From a virus: DNA of 64,000 nt. Numbering within the stretch: position 1 is the first letter of the stretch; every line of letters begins with the position of its first letter. The notes beneath the pieces are model-generated. The model was not told the DNA's origin. It saw only the letters and a program-made list of their open reading frames with translations, and did no database searches. The position numbers and the translations under genes are program-made. The stretch lies in IMG/VR virus record IMGVR_UViG_3300032220_000699, positions 64,001 through 128,000 of that record; one strand, given 5' to 3'. Below are positions 37,262-47,512 of the stretch, in pieces.

Positions 37262-37654
37262 TTATTGATTTTTAAAGTCAATAACAACAAAAACAGTTTG
37301 AATAATTTCAACATCATCAGCAGACTGAATAGCTGAACAAAATTCTGGTTTTGATTTCTTACCAGGAAACAATTTTGTTACTTCTCGTGTGACAACATGA
37401 AATGAATGAACAACATCTTTCACAATACCAGCTGTAACATGATTATGAAAAATAATATTATCTTTATGATCGGAATGAACATTCTTAAAAATAAGATCGA
37501 ATAGGTTCATTTTTAATTTTATTGTTTCACCGATCTGAGGTATCTGACCAACTTCAATTTCACAACCACGTCGAATTTCAGTTGAGTCAGTATTACTATC
37601 ACCGTATAAACATGGAATAATTTTCACTTTAATCTCCTTATTAATTACAATCAT
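37262..37654 (-). CDS. hypothetical protein
   Basis: 130 aa; promoter motif at 37655. Confidence 0.6.
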   Translation of the reverse strand: MIVINKEIKVKIIPCLYGDSNTDSTEIRRGCEIEVGQIPQIGETIKLKMNLFDLIFKNVHSDHKDNIIFHNHVTAGIVKDVVHSFHVVTREVTKLFPGKKSKPEFCSAIQSADDVEIIQTVFVVIDFKNQ

Positions 37655-37719
37655 TATATATGGTAATGTTTTTTATTCTAATGCAAAAAAAAGAAGGACC
37701 CAAAGGTCCTTCTTCTTAT

Positions 37720-38118
37720 TTATGCAGCTTTATCACACATAACGCCAGAGCGATTACCCTTAGCAGGAGATGCAAGCATCCGCATAAAGTCCAGAAGACG
37801 CCAGCAGTCATCTGGATTGGTAATATCGATCAGACGAATTTCATGTGACCGAGACACACGAACAGCCAAACGAATACCAACATACTCGTTATTCTTGGTA
37901 AAGGCACGCAGAGTGTATTTGGTGCCTTCGACATTCGTAAACTGATGAACATTGTGACCCTGTTCCCAGGTTTCAAAACCAAGAGTTTCAAGAGGTTTTT
38001 CAAGACGCTCAATGAACGGCTTGATTGCTTCCGCATGGTGATCAGCATTGCGTTTGGTACCAACAATACCAAGACCATTTGCACGAAGAGGGATGATGTT
38101 AGTTTGAGGTTTTTTCAT
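37720..38118 (-). CDS. hypothetical protein
   Basis: 132 aa; ends at a terminator. Confidence 0.7.
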   Translation of the reverse strand: MKKPQTNIIPLRANGLGIVGTKRNADHHAEAIKPFIERLEKPLETLGFETWEQGHNVHQFTNVEGTKYTLRAFTKNNEYVGIRLAVRVSRSHEIRLIDITNPDDCWRLLDFMRMLASPAKGNRSGVMCDKAA

Positions 38119-38217
38119 TTTGTTGCCTTTCTGACGTTCAACGTCGAGTGGGTGCTACTATTAAAATGACCGCTAGGGTCGTTAACACTGGAGCATAAAC
38201 TCTCAGTGGTACTACAA

Positions 38218-39213
38218 CTACAATGTTGCTACTTCTGCTTTATAAGGACGTGAGTAGGTTTTGTTGAGATAGTCAATAAGTTCATCAACTGTTCCAATAT
38301 ACATCTTTTCAATATGATGCAACTTGATATAATCATCGACAGTTTTTAGAATGCCGTCAGGGAAAGCTTCACGAGGTGCAACTTCATGAGGCATGACAGA
38401 GCTTGAAGAAACAAGATCATTAGGAAGATATCCCACACCGATGCAGTAATCATCAGTGAAGAAGAAAACTTCATTGTTCCTGATGCAAGTGATTGTCTGA
38501 CCTTTATCGACTTTCTCTTGCATCTCTTCCTTAGTCAGAACACCCTTGATCTGCTTACCACTCTTAGCAAGCAGTTTTGACATGTGGGAATTGTTTAACA
38601 GTGTTTCCTTATCGAAAACAAAGTCAACCGAATAATCACGTTGATCGATATGATAGTTCATTGCTAAATGATCATTATAGTCTTCTTCCCAGTCCCTTGT
38701 CATTTCATCCAGTGCATCACCCATCTGGTCACATGAGTCATCATGTTCACAGATATAATTGATGTAGCTTACAGCTTTCAGACAAGCGTCCAGGATGTAA
38801 GCTTTGATCTGCCGCTCACTCAAGTATGTCCTGGGACCTTCCTGGTTATAATTGGTGTAGACCGACTCGTAACGATAATCGTTCTTGGGGTCAAGATGAA
38901 GCTGAATGCCACCGTAACGATGATTAAGCTTACGCTTACAGATGATACCAGATTCAACCTGCTTCCAAATTTCCTTGAAAGCGAATTCAGCAAAGCCAGG
39001 TTTACTGGCACCTTCCATCATGGCAGCAAAGCCACCTTTAGCCTTGCGTTGCTCATGATAATGCCGACGAATGTTTTCTTCATCAGGTTTATAACCCATG
39101 AGATAAACATACGCAGCACCTGCGATTGTACGACCAACTTCCGTGTCATTGATCTGCCAAACTTTCTTACCTACACGGAAATTATTCATCAGCCACGACA
39201 TTGTTCTTTGCAT
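38218..39213 (-). CDS. hypothetical protein
   Basis: 331 aa. Confidence 0.72.
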   Translation of the reverse strand: MQRTMSWLMNNFRVGKKVWQINDTEVGRTIAGAAYVYLMGYKPDEENIRRHYHEQRKAKGGFAAMMEGASKPGFAEFAFKEIWKQVESGIICKRKLNHRYGGIQLHLDPKNDYRYESVYTNYNQEGPRTYLSERQIKAYILDACLKAVSYINYICEHDDSCDQMGDALDEMTRDWEEDYNDHLAMNYHIDQRDYSVDFVFDKETLLNNSHMSKLLAKSGKQIKGVLTKEEMQEKVDKGQTITCIRNNEVFFFTDDYCIGVGYLPNDLVSSSSVMPHEVAPREAFPDGILKTVDDYIKLHHIEKMYIGTVDELIDYLNKTYSRPYKAEVATL

Positions 39214-39215
39214 TT

Positions 39216-39746
39216 TTAAATCTCCTTATTGGGATTATCGATCCAATTAATCGCTTCTTCGACAGTGTGGAATCCATCTTTAGCTACCTGTTTGGTATCC
39301 GGTTTATGGAACACACAGACATGGTTTTGACAACCACCCATGGAAATACCTGCTGTTGAAACACTGACCAGATACTCTTTATAGTAGAACTGACAGAGAG
39401 CATCGATCGGAAGATATCCAGACTGTGCGTCACCGATGATATGGAAATCACGAATCTGAAGCATGTCCTTGTGTTCATAAGGTCCCGGCATCGGACAAGG
39501 ACGAAGGTATTTCCAACCTTTGGTATCGACATAAATACCAGTACCGACATTACCTGAATGACTCCAGCGTTGAACACCAGGGTTCCATTGAAGAACAACT
39601 ACTTCGTGCTCACGCCCATCAAAATCGATGTGTTGCACCCAGTGGTGACCACCAAGTCGAGAATGATGACCGGGAGGTTTCGGTTCAACCTGAATTTGTT
39701 CTTTAATCATTTCTATACTCCTTAAGGAATTGAAGATATCCATCAA
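39216..39746 (-). CDS. hypothetical protein
   Basis: 176 aa; promoter motif at 39751. Confidence 0.68.
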   Translation of the reverse strand: MMDIFNSLRSIEMIKEQIQVEPKPPGHHSRLGGHHWVQHIDFDGREHEVVVLQWNPGVQRWSHSGNVGTGIYVDTKGWKYLRPCPMPGPYEHKDMLQIRDFHIIGDAQSGYLPIDALCQFYYKEYLVSVSTAGISMGGCQNHVCVFHKPDTKQVAKDGFHTVEEAINWIDNPNKEI

Positions 39747-39812
39747 CTTTTATATATGCAATCAATTTAATTTCAAATGAAAAAAAAAAAGAAGAGGGAT
39801 TACTCCCTCTTC

Positions 39813-40808
39813 TTATGCCGCTAACAATGTTCCGTTGGTAACACCAACTTCACCAATGTTTGCATTAATATAAGCACCGCGACCTTTCCTACGTTCAGGA
39901 AGAAGTTTAGGTTCAAGGTAATCGACTTCAGAAACAATCAATTCCTTTAATGCCTTATCCTGAGTAATACCGAAGAAGTTAGCTTCTCGCAACAGATCTT
40001 CTTCATTACCAGACTTGACATACATAGCGACCATGAAAAGTTGGTCCAGCATCGGGGTATCTACCGCATATACACAAAGATTTGCGATATGAATCCCTGT
40101 CTTAGTAAATAGTTCTAAACCGAAAGGTGTTCCATGTCCTGGTCTTTCAGTTCTTTCAATGATATTGTTATATCTTCTCTTGGTGAGTACAAACTTAAAC
40201 AAAGAGTCTGGATGACTAACTTCGATCTCATCACCTTTAAGAAAGATTTTAGTATCTTCTTCCATACCAAAGTTATCAAGAAGTTTCAAGGCTCGTTTGA
40301 TAGAGTTCTTAACAGGCTTCCTGACTTCTCGTGGTGTAGATTTTCCACAGACTACTCTTCCTGTTGTATAAACAGGAACACATGGATTACCATTGTAATA
40401 AACAAAGTTACCATTATCCGTTTGATAAACAGCTAATGTTGTCTGTGTTATACAAGTCCCAGTAGTGCTAGCTGTTCCTTCTTGGAAGTAAGGCCATGTT
40501 ACTGAACTTGTTGATGTCGCGGATGTATTAACCCAGATTCTATTCGTTTGAATTTGGTCTGGACCAATTGTTCTATCAGTAATATAGATACCTGTGGCAT
40601 TCGTATAAATACGTGTAGTTCCATTTGCCGGTAACTGTATAGATGTATTATTGGGTAAAGCTATTAAGCCTGTGTTTGGTGTTGCTGGTACCGGATCAGG
40701 CTCAATAACTGGAACAGGAAGATCAGGAATCTCATCAGGAAAGATATTAGCTAGTAACATCGATTGTGTTATTTCTGCTTCCCGTTCCGCAAGCCTAAGG
40801 AAAGACAT
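39813..40808 (-). CDS. hypothetical protein with P/T-rich N-terminal half
   Basis: 331 aa; coupled to the upstream 146-aa ORF. Confidence 0.7.
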   Translation of the reverse strand: MSFLRLAEREAEITQSMLLANIFPDEIPDLPVPVIEPDPVPATPNTGLIALPNNTSIQLPANGTTRIYTNATGIYITDRTIGPDQIQTNRIWVNTSATSTSSVTWPYFQEGTASTTGTCITQTTLAVYQTDNGNFVYYNGNPCVPVYTTGRVVCGKSTPREVRKPVKNSIKRALKLLDNFGMEEDTKIFLKGDEIEVSHPDSLFKFVLTKRRYNNIIERTERPGHGTPFGLELFTKTGIHIANLCVYAVDTPMLDQLFMVAMYVKSGNEEDLLREANFFGITQDKALKELIVSEVDYLEPKLLPERRKGRGAYINANIGEVGVTNGTLLAA

Positions 40809-41248
40809 TACCCGCCACGAATAGGTTTCATAGCAACAGAGTTAGACTCAACAACTTCTTCAGCTGTCTTTGCCTTCTTCATTGCTTGTAGATCCTTACC
40901 TTTCTTGATCTTACCTACACGCGCTTTATCATTCTTAACAAGTGTCGCAAGATCAGCATCATCAAAATCAGCCATCATTTTTTCGAACTGTTCGTCGGTA
41001 ATGATGATATCTTCAAGTTTACCACGGCGAAGATCTCGTTCGGTAACTTCACCTTTACGTTTAATCTGACCGAATAGATACTTCTTGGTTGTGAAGAAAA
41101 CATAACCTTCTTTCATCTTACGACGAATAACCTCAAGGATATGTTCTTTATTCTGTTCATCCCATTGTATAGTAAGATCTCCCAGCATTCCTAAGAATGT
41201 ACAGGAAAAAGTTTGTTCAGTTACAGTGTTTTCAAGAACAGCTTCCAT
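40808..41248 (-). CDS. hypothetical protein
   Basis: 146 aa; GGAG RBS. Confidence 0.7.
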   Translation of the reverse strand: MEAVLENTVTEQTFSCTFLGMLGDLTIQWDEQNKEHILEVIRRKMKEGYVFFTTKKYLFGQIKRKGEVTERDLRRGKLEDIIITDEQFEKMMADFDDADLATLVKNDKARVGKIKKGKDLQAMKKAKTAEEVVESNSVAMKPIRGG

Positions 41249-41263
41249 GAATTTCTCCAGTTT

Positions 41264-41680
41264 TCAGTTTTCAGTTTTAGAAATACCAAGTATTGGTCGC
41301 CAGCCATTAGTTGTAAAAATATAACAACACTCTAAACGATCTTTTGTTTTTTCATCAAGAGGATACCCAAGATAAGTCTTAGGTGTAAAATAAAATGCAT
41401 CACCTTCTTCAGCCACATCTGGAAAGTAATCAGAAGGAGGGTACCATGTCATCCCCGTAAAGAAAGCTGGTCCTGGTACTCTTGCTAAAGATTTTGTATT
41501 AGCGGCGCCGAAATGATCAACAGTTAAATGATCAAATTTACCAAGAGTAACCTTTTTACCATCAACATAGATACCAGGTTCTGGATTAATGATAGTTGGT
41601 TTTTGTTTAGCAGGAAGAGTCGGAGCAACAGCTAACCCAACAAACCCAGCTAAAGATTGAAGAAATCCACGACGTTTCAT
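41264..41680 (-). CDS. protein with twin-arginine-like signal peptide
   Basis: MKRRGFLQSLAGFVGLAVAPTLPA. Confidence 0.6.
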   Translation of the reverse strand: MKRRGFLQSLAGFVGLAVAPTLPAKQKPTIINPEPGIYVDGKKVTLGKFDHLTVDHFGAANTKSLARVPGPAFFTGMTWYPPSDYFPDVAEEGDAFYFTPKTYLGYPLDEKTKDRLECCYIFTTNGWRPILGISKTEN

Positions 41681-41681
41681 A

Positions 41682-42179
41682 TCACACTCCTAGTTGTTTC
41701 TTTTTATCCAGCAATAAAGCATAAATTGCTAGAAGTTCATCAAGACATAATTCACTACCTAATTCAGCGTGAATCTTTCCATCTATAATTTTACACGTCT
41801 TAAAGTTACAATAACCATTAGCACGATATTTATAAACTTGTTCTGCTACATCATATTCCATGATAGGAAGTTTAAGATTATTCTCTTCATCAAATAACAA
41901 ATTAGCACATAAGAAACCATGCTGTGTGTCATCTATTTCTGTAAAGTTAATAATAAAAGGAATATCGATACTAATAACTTCTTGACTAACAACAGCAGCA
42001 TAAACGAATAAAGCATAAATTTCATCTTCAGAAACCATACCATGATCAAACCAATATCGACCACCTTTGCTTGGTGAAAAATAAGGAAGATTGGATGGCT
42101 TTAATTTATTACATGTCTTTTTGTTAATAACCGGATTAGGATTCTCTAATAGAATCTTAAATGCTTCATTGATGTTCAT
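41682..42179 (-). CDS. hypothetical protein
   Basis: 165 aa; promoter motif at 42208. Confidence 0.65.
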   Translation of the reverse strand: MNINEAFKILLENPNPVINKKTCNKLKPSNLPYFSPSKGGRYWFDHGMVSEDEIYALFVYAAVVSQEVISIDIPFIINFTEIDDTQHGFLCANLLFDEENNLKLPIMEYDVAEQVYKYRANGYCNFKTCKIIDGKIHAELGSELCLDELLAIYALLLDKKKQLGV

Positions 42180-42270
42180 AATAACCTCAACTATATATCA
42201 CAATTATTATATATGAAGTTAAAAAACATTCCATAACAAAGAAAAAAGAAGGACCCGAAGGTCCTTCTTC

Positions 42271-42465
42271 TTACATTCCGTTAGCGTCTTTAAACGCTTC
42301 CAGATAACCCTTACGCCACAACCAGTGACGGCAGTCACTTTCAGGATATGGGTTATTAGCACACATGTCCTTACCACCGGCGTGAGCACGATAACCATCA
42401 TCCTTGATTTCCTGTTGCTGCTCAGGAGTATAAAGGTTGTTAGCAGTCGTAGTGTGATCTTGCAT
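42271..42465 (-). CDS. small hypothetical protein
   Basis: 64 aa; GYRAH...NPYP...WRKGY resembles a ribosome-modulation-factor-like motif. Confidence 0.5.
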   Translation of the reverse strand: MQDHTTTANNLYTPEQQQEIKDDGYRAHAGGKDMCANNPYPESDCRHWLWRKGYLEAFKDANGM

Positions 42466-42474
42466 AATTCCTCA

Positions 42475-42978
42475 CTAAGTTTGATTAATCCTCGCTAAAT
42501 CATCAGCAAGGTAAGTTTTAATATACTCTTTGGTTTTCTCGATATAACGTTCAACATTATTATCACGTTCACCAAAGGTATGACCATATTTTAAAAGATC
42601 GTTAGGATCAGTTAATAGTTCAAGAAATACACCATCATCCAAGTTATATTCTTGATCCAGTTCAGAAATATCACGAATGCCTTTAGCGTCAAATATCAGA
42701 TTTGAAGTTGTATCAACAACACAGAAAGCATGGACAAGTCCATTTGCTATTTCTTTAACTTCCTGTAGTGGTGATGGAGTATAACTGACCTCAGGAATAC
42801 CAACCAGCTTTCCTTCTTCGCCGACAATCACGACACGTTTTTCAAGAAGTGCTCCAACTTGAATAGGTGCAGCTAATTCAGCCAGAGCAATCGTGAAGAT
42901 ATGACAACAACCATTTAGATAATCTTCCTTTTCTGACATAGGAAGAACATCAGGTAGATCAAATACTACTTCAGACAT
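42475..42978 (-). CDS. putative papain/transglutaminase-like Cys-His-Asp protein
   Basis: GCCHIFTIAL ... VHAFC ... FDAKG spacing. Confidence 0.45.
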   Translation of the reverse strand: MSEVVFDLPDVLPMSEKEDYLNGCCHIFTIALAELAAPIQVGALLEKRVVIVGEEGKLVGIPEVSYTPSPLQEVKEIANGLVHAFCVVDTTSNLIFDAKGIRDISELDQEYNLDDGVFLELLTDPNDLLKYGHTFGERDNNVERYIEKTKEYIKTYLADDLARINQT

Positions 42979-44249
42979 TACTCAACTCCTTGTGTTGCTT
43001 CATCACCTTTCTGCTCAGCTAAGCGATTAGTGATGGAATTATTAAAACGCAACATGATATCATCCTTCTTTGCGAGAAGTTGACCACCATAATAAAGAAC
43101 AAATAGTTTATAGTCTTCACCATAGTAACGAAGAGCAGTTTCTGTGTCACGAGAACTATCTGTTTTTGTATAACCATCAAATGTTACTTCAGAGTTTTCT
43201 TCTTTTCTATTAAGCAAGCTATAATTAAGAGACTGAGAAACACCATCCAACTTAATTTTAATTTTATCAACAGAACCGAAGTGATGATCTTCAATTTTTA
43301 TATTGATATACTTTCTATTACTAGACGATCCATCTTGGTCATCTGGCAATTTAAATACAAACTGGAAAGTAGTTGCGTGACTACCGACACTAAACTTAAA
43401 GTCAGAATCATATACCAAATCGAAGTTACCATATTCATAGTCTTTACGTTTGATATTTGACCAATCTTCATAACGAGTTTTCAGGAAAGCAGTGAGAAGT
43501 TCTTCCAAGAAAAGCATAAACTGATTATTGACTTCTTGAAATTTAAAGTAGTCAAAACCAAGTTGTTCTTTATAGGCATTATTAACTGCGTGGCTAATAT
43601 TCTCGTCAAGTTCAGGGCAGCTATTTATTGAGCTAAGCCTGACAAAACCTTGTAAGCTATTATCCAGCTGAATATCGAACATATTCATATTGTTATCATA
43701 TCTGAAAGTTACAGGAGCATTTGCTTCCCAGATATCAGATTCAGAACTAGCAATCTTAATATTGTTCTTTACATTATAACCAAACACATTTGATAACTTA
43801 TCCAGAGACATAATTGGATTGGGAATAGTGGTTCTTCCGTCTGTTGAGAACCCCTTAGAATAAGTTTCAGAATAATAATTATTATCCCAGTAAATAAAAT
43901 ATTTCTTAAATGTTCTATCCAAACGTTCACGTTGATTAGGGTCAGCGACAAGCTTCAGAAAATCAATATGACGTTTAAAGGTAGTGATAACTTCGGTGTC
44001 ACCTTGAAGGATATCAATACTATCATTAACAGTGTTGATTAAACTAGCAATGGAACCATGTTGAACAACCATAGGCATAATAGGATTTTGCGGAAAGTTA
44101 GCACGAAAAGAACTTTCTACATTTATACCAACTTGAATTAACATTTGTTCCATTGTGGTGAACTTTGTCATTAAGTCATTTTTGATCTTATCTTTTTCAG
44201 CTTTGATAGACTTAATAGTTTCACGAATAAATTCACGAGTCATTTCCAT
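42978..44249 (-). CDS. hypothetical protein
   Basis: 423 aa; GGAG RBS; variant promoter motif at ~44292. Confidence 0.72.
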   Translation of the reverse strand: MEMTREFIRETIKSIKAEKDKIKNDLMTKFTTMEQMLIQVGINVESSFRANFPQNPIMPMVVQHGSIASLINTVNDSIDILQGDTEVITTFKRHIDFLKLVADPNQRERLDRTFKKYFIYWDNNYYSETYSKGFSTDGRTTIPNPIMSLDKLSNVFGYNVKNNIKIASSESDIWEANAPVTFRYDNNMNMFDIQLDNSLQGFVRLSSINSCPELDENISHAVNNAYKEQLGFDYFKFQEVNNQFMLFLEELLTAFLKTRYEDWSNIKRKDYEYGNFDLVYDSDFKFSVGSHATTFQFVFKLPDDQDGSSSNRKYINIKIEDHHFGSVDKIKIKLDGVSQSLNYSLLNRKEENSEVTFDGYTKTDSSRDTETALRYYGEDYKLFVLYYGGQLLAKKDDIMLRFNNSITNRLAEQKGDEATQGVE

Positions 44250-44359
44250 TTATATAGCTCCTTGAAAACATATGAGAGATTGTTTCAAATAGTATATGTG
44301 TTATTAAAAAAACACCCAACACAAAAAAAAAAGAAGAGACCCGGAGGTCTCTTCTTCTA

Positions 44360-44563
44360 TTACGCAAACAGAATGTGTGCTTCCTTGTGATCCCAGATCA
44401 ACGGAGGGTTACTGTAAATCATGATATCTTCATCATGTTCTACGGCAACAGATTGTTTAACACGCTCACGAGCTTGATCACGACTATTAGCCGTAACCAC
44501 AAACCGTTTGATCTTCTTTTCCTTGTCCTGGGTATGGATAAAGAAAACAGTACGATTACTCAC
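44360..44563 (-). CDS. hypothetical protein
   Basis: 67 aa, coupled to the upstream gene. Confidence 0.6.
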   Translation of the reverse strand: MSNRTVFFIHTQDKEKKIKRFVVTANSRDQARERVKQSVAVEHDEDIMIYSNPPLIWDHKEAHILFA

Positions 44564-44871
44564 ACAGCCTCCTTTCGTTTTTCTTTTCGATCTTGTTCAA
44601 GCTGTTCTATTTTCCGACCAGCTGCAACACCGACATCATAAACAGACCGAAAAACACTGAGAAGACTATCGCCATTTAATAGAGTCTTTCCTTCAAATAG
44701 CTTTTTCATGTTTTCTTCAAATGGTCTGTAGAAGTTATCGGCATGAAGTTTTACAAACATTTCATCGACACCGACAAACCCTTTAAAGGGGTCAGCCGGT
44801 GTCTCAGATGTCGGTGCTATATTAGCAGTTGGCATCCTCAAGATCCTTATCGAATATATGTTCGAGGACAT
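44560..44871 (-). CDS. hypothetical protein
   Basis: Up to 103 aa; true start probably MPTAN. Confidence 0.55.
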   Translation of the reverse strand: MSSNIYSIRILRMPTANIAPTSETPADPFKGFVGVDEMFVKLHADNFYRPFEENMKKLFEGKTLLNGDSLLSVFRSVYDVGVAAGRKIEQLEQDRKEKRKEAV

Positions 44872-45538
44872 AAGTTTCAGCCTTCTCGATCATAGGTAGA
44901 TATTTTTGGTAGTTATCAATAACCCATTGGTCTGACATATGTTTTTCATTGTCACCAAACTCCTTAGTGTAAGTCAACAAGAAAAGCAGACTACCACGAT
45001 TGAAATTGATACCGTGTTTTTCCCAATCACGTTCATACCCACGACACTTATCACCGTGAGCAGAAACAATACCACCGCACCACATTTCAGATGGAGTCTT
45101 ACCGAAGACTTCTTTCCAGAAGGGTTCGAGAATACGATTGAGATAATCATAGTGACTGGAGAAGTAAACCTTCTTAGTATTGTAGACTAAGATTTCGCAA
45201 GGCTTAAAACCCTTACCGGACCAACGCATCGGTGTTTCAGACCACATGCGTTCCATAAAGATATCGATAGCAGAGTCTTGTTGATCGATAGGCCAGTATT
45301 CACCACCGCCACAGATACTGTATTTTTCACCAGGTTCGGTTGCCTCAGGATCAAACTCAGCAAACAGAATCTCGTAAAGATCAACAGGTTCCTTCATCAG
45401 GAACTGAACATCGTTACTACGGCGAATACAGAGGATGTTGTTATTAGGAAGTTTATAGTGAACTTCCAGTCCTTGGTTGAGCTTCTTGATAATGGTTTGT
45501 TTGTCAAGAGCTTCTTTATGAGTGGTGCAGAATTCCAT
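44822..45538 (-). CDS. hypothetical protein
   Basis: From MEFCTT (GAGG RBS). Confidence 0.68.
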   Translation of the reverse strand: MEFCTTHKEALDKQTIIKKLNQGLEVHYKLPNNNILCIRRSNDVQFLMKEPVDLYEILFAEFDPEATEPGEKYSICGGGEYWPIDQQDSAIDIFMERMWSETPMRWSGKGFKPCEILVYNTKKVYFSSHYDYLNRILEPFWKEVFGKTPSEMWCGGIVSAHGDKCRGYERDWEKHGINFNRGSLLFLLTYTKEFGDNEKHMSDQWVIDNYQKYLPMIEKAETYVLEHIFDKDLEDANC

Positions 45539-45548
45539 GTTAACCTCG

Positions 45549-46136
45549 TTAGTGAAGTACTTTGTGTTCTTGTTGTTCGGCTTGTTCATTATCCATATCA
45601 AACATCTGGAATTGAACATTACCACCCAAACTTTCCAGCAAGTGTGTCAAAGGGTTAGTTTGATTTTCGTACTTGTTGTACATAGTCTTCAGAACACTTG
45701 GAAGAGAATCCACGTCAAACTGTGTTTCGACAAATATTTCAGGTGTCAGCAAACCTGTAAGAATAGGTGTCTCTTCCATATGAACATCAGCTCGAAATAA
45801 ACGAAACGCTGCCGCGACCATCTCGTCGATTTCTTCAGACTTTTCATAGATCTGTGTCGGTGACAATGACCCACCTAATCCGACAGTGAAGAAACAGGTG
45901 TCAACAATATAACTAAACACCGGTTTATTATCACGATCTTCAGAGTTTATAAAGGTAGTAATGACATCTTTGAAGTCATTAGTCTGTTTAACTACCGAGT
46001 CAGATGCCAGATTAAACAAACGAGCAAACATCAAAGCAAAAGAAGCAACAAGAAAATCTACACGCTTGTTCAGTGCTTCTTCGGTAGACACACCAGCTTT
46101 ACACCACATGCATTTGCAACCTTCTTCTTTTTCCAT
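45549..46136 (-). CDS. hypothetical protein
   Basis: 195 aa; GGAG RBS. Confidence 0.68.
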   Translation of the reverse strand: MEKEEGCKCMWCKAGVSTEEALNKRVDFLVASFALMFARLFNLASDSVVKQTNDFKDVITTFINSEDRDNKPVFSYIVDTCFFTVGLGGSLSPTQIYEKSEEIDEMVAAAFRLFRADVHMEETPILTGLLTPEIFVETQFDVDSLPSVLKTMYNKYENQTNPLTHLLESLGGNVQFQMFDMDNEQAEQQEHKVLH

Positions 46137-46160
46137 TTTATTCTCCTTGCCATTTAAGGC

Positions 46161-46388
46161 TTAATTGAATACAAAAATTTCCTTGATCAAATTGACAGCA
46201 TGTTCACCGTCTTTCGCATACAGATTATGCAACGAAGTTTGATCATCGATCTTGTGCAGATTCATTTTGTTGTAAAAAGCCTGACCAAGACGCTGGGTAC
46301 CGTACTTACCCTTCTTGAAGTCAGCCATGAAATTATCGAACGTACGTTGTTCGATGCTGGGTTTAACCAACTTAACCGTTTCCGACAT
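46161..46388 (-). CDS. hypothetical protein
   Basis: 75 aa. Confidence 0.62.
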   Translation of the reverse strand: MSETVKLVKPSIEQRTFDNFMADFKKGKYGTQRLGQAFYNKMNLHKIDDQTSLHNLYAKDGEHAVNLIKEIFVFN

Positions 46389-46644
46389 CTTCTTTCCTTT
46401 CAGGTCTTTGAGCCTTAACTGCTAAAATGACACTGCAAACTTCAGGGCCAAGTGCTTCCCATAGCTTATACCAGTGACCTAGCGTGAGTCCTTCAACATC
46501 ACATTTGACCGCTGGCATTTTGTTAAACCCTAAACGACTTTTGATATCTGCTTCGCGACAGATATTCAGCACTGCTTGAATAACAGCGTCAGGATCTTTT
46601 ACCTGAACATCTTTCGGAAGTTTTAGATCAGTGTTGCGTTTCAT
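46372..46644 (-). CDS. hypothetical protein
   Basis: 90 aa. Confidence 0.62.
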   Translation of the reverse strand: MKRNTDLKLPKDVQVKDPDAVIQAVLNICREADIKSRLGFNKMPAVKCDVEGLTLGHWYKLWEALGPEVCSVILAVKAQRPERKEDVGNG

Positions 46645-46761
46645 TTTGACCTCTCAGTTCTACACTGACGAAGAAGTTCTTTAAGAGCAACTTCATCTCC
46701 ATTTTTTGCTAAGCCAGAAAGCATAGGAATACTCATCTTAGAATATTCTTTATCTCTATGG

Positions 46762-47115
46762 TTAATTTTCTTTGGTTTCTTCATCGATCAATTCCACCTG
46801 ATCAAGTCCATATTCAAAGGTACTACCAACAGCATTCTGCATTCCAGAAGCTGTGATAGTCACATAGACCGGAAATCGACCACCTGGATAGAAACCACGA
46901 TCAGAAGTATTCGGTCCTTTGACCACACCAGTGTGACTGGTGTACTTAACCTTACACTTACGACCAATCCAACTAGTCACTAATTCAATAACTTCAGGTG
47001 CTGGTGCATCACGATCACCTTGAAGATCCTTGTAAAGCTTATACACATCGTCCTGAGAAGCTCCATTACTTGCAGCTTGCAAAAGAAGACCAGCAGTAAC
47101 ACCGTCGAATGACAT
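46762..47115 (-). CDS. hypothetical protein (SH3-like C-terminus possible)
   Basis: 117 aa. Confidence 0.62.
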   Translation of the reverse strand: MSFDGVTAGLLLQAASNGASQDDVYKLYKDLQGDRDAPAPEVIELVTSWIGRKCKVKYTSHTGVVKGPNTSDRGFYPGGRFPVYVTITASGMQNAVGSTFEYGLDQVELIDEETKEN

Positions 47116-47415
47116 TTATTTATCCTTATATGGATTTTCGGCATTAGCACCGATATGGTAAATGGTTTCAGTGTTCGATATGTTGCTAACACCAACTTTG
47201 AACTTAATGGTTGCAATCGGATAATCAAAGTTAGAACTTGTGATTTCTATCACATCACCAGGTTGAGCAAAGAACATAACCCAACCAGGAGCTTTGGCAA
47301 CAGCATTTTCAAGTTTGCTGTAATACCGTGTCCAGAGAACAAGAGATATTTTCTTACCCTTGTGACGAAGAAGCTGAGCACGTATCTTACGTTTGTACTC
47401 TTTGAACTTAGCCAT
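47116..47415 (-). CDS. hypothetical protein
   Basis: 99 aa; promoter motif at 47448. Confidence 0.65.
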   Translation of the reverse strand: MAKFKEYKRKIRAQLLRHKGKKISLVLWTRYYSKLENAVAKAPGWVMFFAQPGDVIEITSSNFDYPIATIKFKVGVSNISNTETIYHIGANAENPYKDK

Positions 47416-47512
47416 AATTAAAACTCCTTATCAGAATGATCATTTTTTATATATGTATTTAAAATCATTTCAAATAAAGAAAAAAGAACGGGTAGTTAGC
47501 CCGTTCTTCCTA

